In this document: positions 37,723 through 46,230 of the stretch, one piece after another
Numbering within the stretch: position 1 is the first letter of the stretch
Layout of the letters: every line of letters starts with the position of its first letter
Source: an uncultured Candidatus Saccharibacteria bacterium
GTDB taxonomy: Bacteria; Patescibacteriota; Minisyncoccia; Phycocordibacterales; Phycocordibacteraceae
Direction: 5' to 3'
Length of the DNA stretch: 64,000 bases
Assembly (NCBI GenBank): GCA_964349555.1
Contig: CAYGGK010000001.1
Coordinates: 49,486 to 113,485, forward strand
Translations under genes and position numbers: made by a program
The notes under the pieces: model-generated
Databases searched by the model: none
Told to the model about the DNA's origin: nothing
Seen by the model: only the letters and a program-made list of their open reading frames with translations

Positions 37723-38796
37723 ATGGCGCACCAGTCTTTATACCGGACACATCGGCCAGCGACTTTTGCGGATGTGATAGGGCAGGAGCAGGTGACGAAG
37801 CCCTTGGAAGAAGCGGCTACGTCAAAGAAGATTGGCCATGCCTACCTCTTCGCCGGCTCGCGCGGCTTAGGGAAGACATCGGTCGCGCGCATATTCGCCG
37901 CCGCTATCGGTTGTAAAGAAAATGATTTATATGAAATTGATGCGGCGAGCAACAACAGCGTCGACGACATCCGTGCTCTTACCGAAGGTGTCTATACACT
38001 GCCATTCGAGTCGCCCTATAAGGTGTATATCCTTGACGAAGCACACATGCTTTCTAAGAGTGCTTGGAACGCGTTTCTGAAGACACTTGAAGAACCTCCC
38101 GCATACGCGGTTTTCATTCTCGCGACGACCGAACTTGAGAAAGTGCCCGAGACCGTGCAATCACGTTGTCAGGTGTTTGAATTCAAGAAACCAACGCGCG
38201 CCGTGCTCGCAAAAATGACGACAACAGTCGCGGAGAAGGAGGGATACACGCTCGCGAGCGACGCCGCCGAACTTATCGCTATGCTCGCCGAGGGGTCGTA
38301 TCGCGATGCGCTCTCCATCTTGCAAAAAGTATGCGTCGCGACAGAAGGGAAGCCATCTCGCCCGAGTGGAGCCCCCTTGGGACGCGAAGAGGTAGAGATA
38401 GCGACCGGCGCACCGCGGCGTGAGCAGGTGCATGCGCTTATACACGCGCTTGCAAAGGGCGAGCGCGGGAAGGCGCTCACGGCTGTCGAACAAGCGGCAA
38501 GTACCGACGTTGATATGAAGCTCTTTTTGGCGCTCGTGCTTGAGGCGCTCCGCGCCACCCTTCTTATCCGCTACGCGCCCGAACTCCGCACCTCGCTCCA
38601 GGATGAGCTCGGCGCGGACGAATTCTCCGCACTAGAAAAGTTTGCAGAAGGGAACCCCTCGACAAAACTCGGGGCAGGAGGGATTACCCACGCGACTATG
38701 CTCGCCTTCCTCACTGCCGCCGAGCGCATTCGCTACGCGCCCATTTCCGCGCTCCCGCTCGAGCTCGCCGTCTTGGAATTGTTCCAAGGCGAGTGA
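37723..38796 (+). CDS. dnaX: DNA polymerase III subunit gamma/tau (short form, no zinc module)
   Basis: YRTHRPATFADVIGQEQV, GSRGLGKTSVARIFA, DEAHMLS, the sensor motifs; 357 aa. Confidence 0.85.
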   Translation: MAHQSLYRTHRPATFADVIGQEQVTKPLEEAATSKKIGHAYLFAGSRGLGKTSVARIFAAAIGCKENDLYEIDAASNNSVDDIRALTEGVYTLPFESPYKVYILDEAHMLSKSAWNAFLKTLEEPPAYAVFILATTELEKVPETVQSRCQVFEFKKPTRAVLAKMTTTVAEKEGYTLASDAAELIAMLAEGSYRDALSILQKVCVATEGKPSRPSGAPLGREEVEIATGAPRREQVHALIHALAKGERGKALTAVEQAASTDVDMKLFLALVLEALRATLLIRYAPELRTSLQDELGADEFSALEKFAEGNPSTKLGAGGITHATMLAFLTAAERIRYAPISALPLELAVLELFQGE

Positions 38797-38826
38797 TACA
38801 GTACAAAAGTGCGTTACAAGTCAGTA

Positions 38827-38897
38827 TTGCCAGGTCGTCTAACGGTAGGACAGCGGCCTTTGAAGCCGTGAATTGGGGTTCGATTCCCTACCTGGCA
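38827..38897 (+). tRNA. tRNA-Gln (anticodon TTG)
   Basis: Acceptor TGCCAGG/CCTGGCA, anticodon stem GCGGC/GCCGT, loop CTTTGAA, T-loop TTCGATT. Confidence 0.75.
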
Positions 38898-39074
38898 GCC
38901 GACGAACGAAGGTGAGGAGGTACTGAGACCAGTAGGACGAACGTGCAAGGAGCGAAGCGACGCAGTCCTGAGGAGTCCGCGACGAAGGGCAGATGAGAAG
39001 GTACTGAGGCCAACAGGCAAGCGGTGCTCAAATATTCCGAGATTAATAAAAACGGCTTGTAGTATACTTACCGT

Positions 39075-40511
39075 ATGCAAACGCACATCTCATTTACAAA
39101 AAGGAATGTGCTCTATGGAATCGGCATCGCGGCGCTCATCGTAGGAGGATTCTTGCTCTTCTCGGGCGGCACCGACACCAAGGAGGAGCTTCTTACTGTT
39201 GTGCCGGAGCCGTTTATCCAACAAATCAGCACCTCCGGCAGGGTCGTGGCGGTGCGTGAGGTCGATCTGGCATTCTCCGAGACAGGGCGCGTAGTCTCAC
39301 TACCGGTGCGAGTGGGCAGTACGGTCGTCATAGGGCAGGCGCTCGCCTCGCTCGCCTCGGAGACTCTCGTGTCTGATCTGCGCTCCGCGGAGGCGAGCCT
39401 TGCCCTTCGCCGGGCTCAGGGCTACAACACAGCGATTACTCTCGACGAGGTGCGCCGCGAGCAAGACGGACTCGTCGCAAGTGCCTACCGCAAGATGCTC
39501 TCGAGCGACTTGGCCGCGGTGCCAGAGGACTCCACTCTCACCGTGGAGCCGCCCCAGATTACCGGAGCATATGATGGCGCCGAGGGCGTATACCGGATAT
39601 CGATTGATCGGCGCAACTCCTTTGGCGCAGGCGATTCTGACCTCGACACCTTCGGGCTAGAGCTCGCGCGCTATGTGCCGATTGCCGACAGCGAGCCCAC
39701 CAAGCTTGGCACCCGCGGGCTCTATGTCTCGTTCCCCGATGCTATAGACGCATATGACGAGACCGTCTGGAATATCACGATACCGAATCGGAAGAGCTCT
39801 TCGTACCTTGCAAACTATAATGCGTACCAGGAGGCGCTCCGTACGCGCGACCGTGCGGTTGCAGCCGCAGAAACTGAGCTACGGAGCGGGCAGGCCGGGA
39901 GCGTCTCTGCCGCCGAGATACGACAGGCAGAAGCAGAGATAGAACGCATACAAGCGGCGCTCGCAGAGCGCACGCTCTATGCGCCCTTCAACGGTATCAT
40001 CACCGCTATCGACGCGAAGCTGGGAGGTGTCGCGGCGGCAAATGAGACCGCCGTCTCGCTCATCAGCGCCGGCACGCTCCAGATAGAGAGCTATGTGCCG
40101 GAGATACATCTGCCCTTCATCGCCGTTGGCGACCGCGCAGACATAACGCTCGACGCCTATGGTCCCGACACTCACTTCAGCGCAATAATCGCCTCTATCG
40201 ATCCTGCCGAGACCGTACGAGACGGCGTCTCGACCTACCGTGCGGTGCTGCAATTTGTCGGGGATGATACGCGGGTCAGGTCTGGCATGACCGCCAATGT
40301 GACGATCACTACCGACGAACGCGAGAATGTGCTCACGGTCCCCCAGGGAGTCATTATCGAACGCGACGGCAAGAAGTACGTCCTGGTGCAGCAGGGTGCC
40401 GACCGGGAGGAGAGCGATGTAACCACCGGCGCCGTTTCCTCGCTGGGCCGCATCGAGATCAAGAGCGGCCTCTCCTCCGGCGAGACGGTCGTGTTGTCGC
40501 TCCCGCGATGA
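39075..40511 (+). CDS. HlyD-family periplasmic adaptor (membrane fusion protein)
   Basis: N-terminal TM, a biotinyl/lipoyl-like hairpin, long coiled coil, C-terminal beta-barrel (GETVVLS). Confidence 0.75.
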   Translation: MQTHISFTKRNVLYGIGIAALIVGGFLLFSGGTDTKEELLTVVPEPFIQQISTSGRVVAVREVDLAFSETGRVVSLPVRVGSTVVIGQALASLASETLVSDLRSAEASLALRRAQGYNTAITLDEVRREQDGLVASAYRKMLSSDLAAVPEDSTLTVEPPQITGAYDGAEGVYRISIDRRNSFGAGDSDLDTFGLELARYVPIADSEPTKLGTRGLYVSFPDAIDAYDETVWNITIPNRKSSSYLANYNAYQEALRTRDRAVAAAETELRSGQAGSVSAAEIRQAEAEIERIQAALAERTLYAPFNGIITAIDAKLGGVAAANETAVSLISAGTLQIESYVPEIHLPFIAVGDRADITLDAYGPDTHFSAIIASIDPAETVRDGVSTYRAVLQFVGDDTRVRSGMTANVTITTDERENVLTVPQGVIIERDGKKYVLVQQGADREESDVTTGAVSSLGRIEIKSGLSSGETVVLSLPR

Positions 40512-41758
40512 TGCCCCTCAACATCCGTGTCGGCTTCTTCTTGGCGCTACGGGCGCTGCGTCGTGCGTCGCCCTGGACCACAAGTCTGATCATCTTCGTC
40601 ATGGTGCTGACGTTCCTCAACCTGGTGGTGATCTCTGGCATCCTCGTCGGCCTCTTGCAGGGAGCGGTCGATGCCGTGCGCACCAAGTACACGAGCGATG
40701 TTATTATCTCGACCCTCTCTGACAAACAATACATCGAGAACAGCCAGAATCTCCTCGCCATCATCAGAGCGCCCCAGGAGGTCGAGGCGGTTACCGCGCG
40801 CTACCGCGAGGGCGGTATCCTCGAAGCGAACTACAAGACGCGCAAGGAGTCGGACAAGCCGAACACGGCCGCCGCACAGCTGGTCGGCGTGAATCCTCTC
40901 GACGAGGAGCAGGTAACGCACATCTCAGAAGATATTGTCGAAGGGTCGTTCCTCTCTCCCGGCGACTACGACCAGATCGTGCTGGGGAACTATCTCCTGA
41001 AGCAGTACATCCCCATAGAGTCTCCCGCCTTCTCGACACTGGAGGATGTGGGTGTCGGGACGAAGATCCGCGTCAAGGTGGGAGAGGTAACCAGGGAGAT
41101 GACGGTCAAGGGGATCTTGAAGACGAAGGTAGACGAGGTGGCGCTCCGCGCCTTTATGGTCGACTCCCAGTTCCGGAGTATGATCGGGCGCAACGACGGC
41201 AACGTTACCGAGATATCCGTCAAGCTCGTCGAGGGAGCAGACCCAGTTGCGTTGCGCGAGAAACTGATGCTCAGTGGTGTCGACGCTTATGCGAAGGTGC
41301 AGACCTTCGAGGACGCGCAGCCCCAGGCGTTTAAGGACATCATCAATACGTTCAATATGCTCGGCACGATGTTCTCCTCTATCGGTCTCGTGGTCGCCTC
41401 GGTAACGATCTTCATCGTTATCTTCGTTAACGCGCTCACACGCAGAAAGTTTATCGGTATCCTCAAGGGTATCGGCATCCACGGGCGCGCAATCGAGATC
41501 TCATACGTTTTCCAGTCCATTTTCTACGCCGTGATCGGCTCGGGAATTGGCCTGCTCCTGGTCTACGGCTTCCTGGTACCCTACTTCCTCGCCCACCCGA
41601 TTGACTTCCCCTTTAGCGACGGCATCCTCGTCGCACCCGCAGCACAGACGATGCAGCGCGTCGGGCTCCTGGTAGTGTCTACTATTATCGCGGGATACAT
41701 CCCCGCGTGGATGATTATCCGCCGCAACACGCTCGATTCGATCCTCGGCAGAAACTGA
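40508..41758 (+). CDS. ABC transporter permease, FtsX/MacB-like
   Basis: N-terminal TM, a large extracytoplasmic domain, then three C-terminal TM helices with an FtsX-like pattern. 4-nt overlap with the adaptor gene. Confidence 0.75.
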   Translation: MMPLNIRVGFFLALRALRRASPWTTSLIIFVMVLTFLNLVVISGILVGLLQGAVDAVRTKYTSDVIISTLSDKQYIENSQNLLAIIRAPQEVEAVTARYREGGILEANYKTRKESDKPNTAAAQLVGVNPLDEEQVTHISEDIVEGSFLSPGDYDQIVLGNYLLKQYIPIESPAFSTLEDVGVGTKIRVKVGEVTREMTVKGILKTKVDEVALRAFMVDSQFRSMIGRNDGNVTEISVKLVEGADPVALREKLMLSGVDAYAKVQTFEDAQPQAFKDIINTFNMLGTMFSSIGLVVASVTIFIVIFVNALTRRKFIGILKGIGIHGRAIEISYVFQSIFYAVIGSGIGLLLVYGFLVPYFLAHPIDFPFSDGILVAPAAQTMQRVGLLVVSTIIAGYIPAWMIIRRNTLDSILGRN

Positions 41759-41760
41759 AT

Positions 41761-42444
41761 ATGGCACCACTCATTACCACAAGAGGGCTGACGAGATCGT
41801 TCCGCAACGGCGATGTCGTAACCGAGGTGTTGCGCGGCATCGACTTTAGCGTGGACGAGGGAGAATGGGTGGTGATCATGGGGAGGAGCGGCGCCGGCAA
41901 ATCGACCTTTCTCTACCAGATAAGCCTTTTAGACGATCCTACGGGCGGCGAGATTAGCATCGACGGTCATGATACGCACACAATGAGCGCGCACGAGAAG
42001 ATGCACTTCCGCCTCTCACAGTTTGGATTCGTGTTTCAGGATTATGCTCTCCTGCCCGAGCTCACAGCGCTCGAGAATGTCGCGTTGCCGCTCTTCATGC
42101 AGGGAGTGCCGAAGCTTGAGAGCTATCGGCGCGCGACCGCCTCGCTTGAGCGTGCCGGCCTTATCCACCGGGTACACAACCTCCCGAGCCAGCTCTCCGG
42201 CGGGGAGCAGCAGCGCGTCTCGATTGTGCGGGCGGTCGTTCATGCCCCCAAGGTCCTCTTTGCTGACGAGCCGACCGCAAACCTCGACAACGAGTCGTCG
42301 AGGCTGATCATGGACATATTTAAAGAGCTCCACCGAGAGGGGCAGACCATCCTCATGGTTACCCACGAGGAGCAGTACGCGAAACTCGCCGAGCGCATTG
42401 TCGTCCTAGACGACGGGAGGGTCGTCTCTGATACCCTGGCCTAG
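41761..42444 (+). CDS. ABC transporter ATP-binding protein (MacB/LolD-like)
   Basis: Walker A GRSGAGKST, signature LSGGEQQRVSIVRA, Walker B LFADEPT. The start was trimmed to 41761. Confidence 0.85.
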   Translation: MAPLITTRGLTRSFRNGDVVTEVLRGIDFSVDEGEWVVIMGRSGAGKSTFLYQISLLDDPTGGEISIDGHDTHTMSAHEKMHFRLSQFGFVFQDYALLPELTALENVALPLFMQGVPKLESYRRATASLERAGLIHRVHNLPSQLSGGEQQRVSIVRAVVHAPKVLFADEPTANLDNESSRLIMDIFKELHREGQTILMVTHEEQYAKLAERIVVLDDGRVVSDTLA

Positions 42445-42488
42445 TGGCGCGCATCGTGCTCCCTTCTTCGTTGGTATAATACAGTAGT

Positions 42489-43289
42489 ATGAATAAGTTA
42501 CTGTTAATTGTCATAACTCTGGCGGTTGTGGCGGCTGGTGCAGGATACGTCTTTTATAAAGGTTATTTTAACGACGATCGTATGAAAAATGCGCAGATGA
42601 TGAAGAACGACAATGCGACGAAAGTCGTCATAGAAGACACGGTCGAATATTTTGCCGGGGCGAAAGGATATTTCGTTCGACCAGAGGCTCCCGGTACGTA
42701 TCCCGGTGTCGTGCTGATTCATGAGAACCGCGGCTTACGGCCGGAGATCCGCGAGACGGCGGAGACGCTTGCCAAAGAAGGGTACCTGGTACTCGCGGTG
42801 GATCTCTTGGGAGGAGTTGCTGAAGATCAGGTCGGCGCGCACGAGCTCACGGCAAATTTCAAACAAGAAACGGGTGTTGAAAACATGCGGGCGGCAGTTG
42901 CTTATCTTAAAGAAAGGGGGGCCGGAAAGATTGCTTCGCTCGGTTGGTGTTTTGGCGGGAGACAATCTATAGAACTCGCCATTTCGGGTGAGAAGTTAGA
43001 CGCAACGGTTGTGTACTACGGAGGCGGCATAGCCACAACAACGGAAAAACTTGCGCCCATCACCTGGCCGGTCTTAGGAATCTTCGCTGATCAAGATCAG
43101 TTTATACCGGTCGAAACGGTACTCGCGTTTGAAGCGTCCTTGAATACGCTTGGAGTCCCCAATGAAATCCATATCTACCCCGGAGTTGGGCATGCTTTTG
43201 CTAACCCTTCCGGCGTGAACTACGCTCCGAACGAAACGATGGATGCGTGGAAGAAGACGCTCGCCTTTCTAAATAAGTATCTCAAATAA
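42489..43289 (+). CDS. Dienelactone hydrolase family protein (membrane-anchored)
   Basis: VVLIHENRGL, GWCFGG nucleophile elbow, C-terminal His (GHAF). Confidence 0.75.
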   Translation: MNKLLLIVITLAVVAAGAGYVFYKGYFNDDRMKNAQMMKNDNATKVVIEDTVEYFAGAKGYFVRPEAPGTYPGVVLIHENRGLRPEIRETAETLAKEGYLVLAVDLLGGVAEDQVGAHELTANFKQETGVENMRAAVAYLKERGAGKIASLGWCFGGRQSIELAISGEKLDATVVYYGGGIATTTEKLAPITWPVLGIFADQDQFIPVETVLAFEASLNTLGVPNEIHIYPGVGHAFANPSGVNYAPNETMDAWKKTLAFLNKYLK

Positions 43290-43397
43290 AAGATAGTACG
43301 ATAGGGAAATTTAACTGCTGGCTTTTCGGCTGTCTGGGTGTATAAACAGAGGAGATCTGCACCTTTTTGTCCTTTAACTTAACAACGGGAGGGCGAT

Positions 43398-43928
43398 ATG
43401 CTCTATCAGAGAATCGTGTGGAGTATTCTTGGGCTAGCACTGGCCTTGATGATGGTTAATCCGGCCGATGCTAAAGAGAGCACCAACAAGCTCTTTTTTC
43501 AAAAAGAATTCAGAGGAAGATTACTCTTCGTAGAGGCAACAACCGACCCAGACAAAGGCGTGGGAGATCCCACCGCATCTCACTTGAGACACGATTATAC
43601 CAGTCTTTTGGAGAAATCCGGCTGGCAAAAAGCCCCCGATGAATATCGGAACGCCGCCATCTCGTGCCTTATTTACGAGAAGAAAGATAGCGTACTCGTG
43701 GGGTGCTGGAACAATAATCCTGGCGATGACCTCTTGGCGCTCGTGGTCATCCTCATGGACAACGAGATTGATTCCCTCATCAACAAAGCAATAGAGTTGA
43801 TGATTGATAAGATGATTGCCCCTCCGTCTCCTCGGGAACCGTCGCGTGATTCTTTGTACTGTGCCTTTTGGCCCCGCGCTCTAAACAGCGCGGGGTCCAT
43901 GTTTTGGAGTGATACAATAAAGTCATGA
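43398..43928 (+). CDS. Secreted hypothetical protein
   Basis: Signal peptide; no domain recognised. Confidence 0.3.
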   Translation: MLYQRIVWSILGLALALMMVNPADAKESTNKLFFQKEFRGRLLFVEATTDPDKGVGDPTASHLRHDYTSLLEKSGWQKAPDEYRNAAISCLIYEKKDSVLVGCWNNNPGDDLLALVVILMDNEIDSLINKAIELMIDKMIAPPSPREPSRDSLYCAFWPRALNSAGSMFWSDTIKS

Positions 43929-44569
43929 AATTTAAGGCGATGGACACATTAAATCTTCGCTTTGGCCCGAGCGTTGATAGCCCTAAAACGGGAAGCATTC
44001 CAGCAGGGACTATTGTGGAGAGCGATGAATACTCGTGGAAGGCCGTTACGTTGCCCGACGGTAAAAAAGGATTCTGCGCGGCGACGTATCTGCAGGCAGT
44101 GCCTGCGAGTAAGTGGTCGGTACCAATCAGAATTGACAAATTTAAAGTGACTCAGAAATTTTTAAATCAAGACCCTGTCACTTATCCTAAAACAGGGCAC
44201 CACCCGGGTACCGACTACGGCACAAAGGGGGAAGTCAACGTACCTCTTTATTTTTGTGCGGATGGGGAAGTTATAGAGAGAGGCTCCCACAGTTCTTTTG
44301 GAAATTATTTTTTCTACTATGTTCCAGAGGTAGATCGCACCTTCGTATATTTTCATTTGCGAGACGCCGCCCCTGCGAAAGGGCACTATACAGTCGGGGG
44401 GCCATGCGGCATCGCGGGGGAAACAGGTCTCTCGCACGGCATTCATCTGCACTTGGAGTGCATGAAAGGTAAGAAAACATCTGCAAACCGCGCTCTCTTG
44501 TATACTTCAAAAGAAGCTCTGGTCGTCTCTGCGGAGGACGCAGACGCGTTTATCAAAGCGCGTCTTTAA
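43925..44569 (+). CDS. SH3b-domain plus M23 (lysostaphin-like) peptidase
   Basis: The N-terminal pattern (LNLRFGPSVDSPKTGSIPAGTIV...WKAVTLPDGKKGFCAATYL) resembles SH3b. M23 motifs HHPGTDY (HxxxD) and SHGIHLHLE (HxH). Confidence 0.7.
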   Translation: MKFKAMDTLNLRFGPSVDSPKTGSIPAGTIVESDEYSWKAVTLPDGKKGFCAATYLQAVPASKWSVPIRIDKFKVTQKFLNQDPVTYPKTGHHPGTDYGTKGEVNVPLYFCADGEVIERGSHSSFGNYFFYYVPEVDRTFVYFHLRDAAPAKGHYTVGGPCGIAGETGLSHGIHLHLECMKGKKTSANRALLYTSKEALVVSAEDADAFIKARL

Positions 44570-44571
44570 AT

Positions 44572-45648
44572 ATGTTTACTATGTTCACCATACTACGGAG
44601 TGCTGGGATAGGCGCGGGGACGCTTGCGCTCGTCTACGTCTTCGGCTACTCCGGTCTCGTCGCGACGGAGTATCGTTCGGAAGCATACGGCGTACCGGAG
44701 CGCTTCATTCCCATACCCGAGCTGGATAAGGATGACTACAATGCGCGGCTCCTCGCGCTCGCGCATGCGAGCGCCTCTACCACACTCGCCTTCACCGGCA
44801 AAATACCGCCCGCCTCTACTACGCCCTTCATTTGGCCGGTCAAGACGGCGTATCCGAACGCGCGCGCGATTCTGCCATTTAAACGCATCGTCGCGTATTA
44901 CGGGAACTTTTATTCCAAAGGCATGGGAGTGCTCGGCGAATATCCGACCGATCAGATGCTCGCCATGCTCGCGAGCACGAGCCTGATGTGGACTGCCGCC
45001 GACCCAACCACTCCCGCAGTGCCCGCCATCCACTACATCGCGGTCGTCGCGCAGGCAACCGCGGGGAAGGAAGGGAAGTATATCCTCCGGATGCCGGACG
45101 ACCAGATAGAACACGCGCTTACTCTTGCGAACCAGATACAGGGAATCGTCTTTCTCGACGTACAAGTGGGGCTTAGCACTCTGCAACACGAACTCCCGCA
45201 ACTTGAAAAATACTTGAGGATGCCACAGGTGCATCTCGGCATTGACCCGGAGTTTTCCATGAAATACGGCAACCGACCGGGCACGGTTATCGGCACCTTT
45301 GACGCGGCCGACGTAAACTATGCGATAGAATATCTCGCGGGTCTCGTGCGTGACGCGAGTGTGCCGCCGAAGATTCTCGTCATACACCGCTTTACAAAGG
45401 ATATGGTGACCAACTATAAAAATATTCAGCCGTTGCCTGAGGTCCAGGTTGTGATGGACATGGACGGCTTCGGATCTAAGGAAAAGAAGTACGGCACGTA
45501 TACGAGAGTCATCGTGCCGGAGCCGGTGCAGTTCACCGGTATCAAACTCTTTTATAAAAATGACACGCGCTCGCCGGCAAACGGCCTTCTCACGCCCGCA
45601 GAAGTGCTCAGGCTCACACCGATTCCCATCTATATTCAGTATCAATAA
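44572..45648 (+). CDS. Membrane-anchored hypothetical protein (extracytoplasmic)
   Basis: N-terminal TM; no motif recognised. Chosen over the 410-aa antisense ORF. Confidence 0.35.
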   Translation: MFTMFTILRSAGIGAGTLALVYVFGYSGLVATEYRSEAYGVPERFIPIPELDKDDYNARLLALAHASASTTLAFTGKIPPASTTPFIWPVKTAYPNARAILPFKRIVAYYGNFYSKGMGVLGEYPTDQMLAMLASTSLMWTAADPTTPAVPAIHYIAVVAQATAGKEGKYILRMPDDQIEHALTLANQIQGIVFLDVQVGLSTLQHELPQLEKYLRMPQVHLGIDPEFSMKYGNRPGTVIGTFDAADVNYAIEYLAGLVRDASVPPKILVIHRFTKDMVTNYKNIQPLPEVQVVMDMDGFGSKEKKYGTYTRVIVPEPVQFTGIKLFYKNDTRSPANGLLTPAEVLRLTPIPIYIQYQ

Positions 45649-45651
45649 GTT

Positions 45652-46230
45652 ATGAACCACACACCACAGATAAAGAGAGCGATACAGTTTGCCGCAAAGA
45701 AGCATCACGGACAGATGCGCCGCGAGGCGGACCCTCTGCCCTATATCACACACCTCTTCTCGGTTGCCTTGTTGGTCGCCGAGGATGGTGCAGACGACGA
45801 CACGGTCACCGCGGCTCTTCTGCACGACACTCTTGAGGACACACGTACGACGCGCGAAGAAATCGTGACCGCGTTTAACGAGAGAGTCGCGGAGTTGGTC
45901 GAGTCGGTAAGCGAAGTAAAGGAGGAGGGCGGTAAAAAGGTAGAGTGGAAAGAGCGCAAGGTTCGCTATCTTGCCAATCTCGAGAATGCGAGTGGCGACG
46001 CCGTTCTTATCGCCATCGCGGACAAAGTAGATAACCTTGAGAGTTGGAACGAGGGGTTTGAAAAAGAGGGAGAGGATTTCTTAAATCACTGGAAGCGGTC
46101 GAAGGAGGAGTATAGGTGGTTCTATAGTGAAGCGCTTCGTATCGCGCAAAATAAACTGCCGGAACATTCGCTCACCAAACGATATACCGAGGCCTACCAG
46201 ATTTTCGCGCGGTCCTTTGGTTTTCGGTAG
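45652..46230 (+). CDS. Stand-alone HD-domain (p)ppGpp hydrolase-like protein (small alarmone hydrolase, Mesh1/SpoT-like)
   Basis: HHGQMRREADPLPYITHLFSVALLVAEDGADDDTVTAALLHDTLEDT matches the RelA/SpoT hydrolase-domain motif pattern. Confidence 0.65.
   Translation: MNHTPQIKRAIQFAAKKHHGQMRREADPLPYITHLFSVALLVAEDGADDDTVTAALLHDTLEDTRTTREEIVTAFNERVAELVESVSEVKEEGGKKVEWKERKVRYLANLENASGDAVLIAIADKVDNLESWNEGFEKEGEDFLNHWKRSKEEYRWFYSEALRIAQNKLPEHSLTKRYTEAYQIFARSFGFR

Noticed and set aside
44593-45825. 410-aa minus-strand ORF
   Set aside because: It is Arg/Cys/His-rich with low-complexity composition typical of antisense translation of GC-rich coding DNA. It overlaps two plus-strand genes, one of which (the HD hydrolase) has clear conserved motifs.
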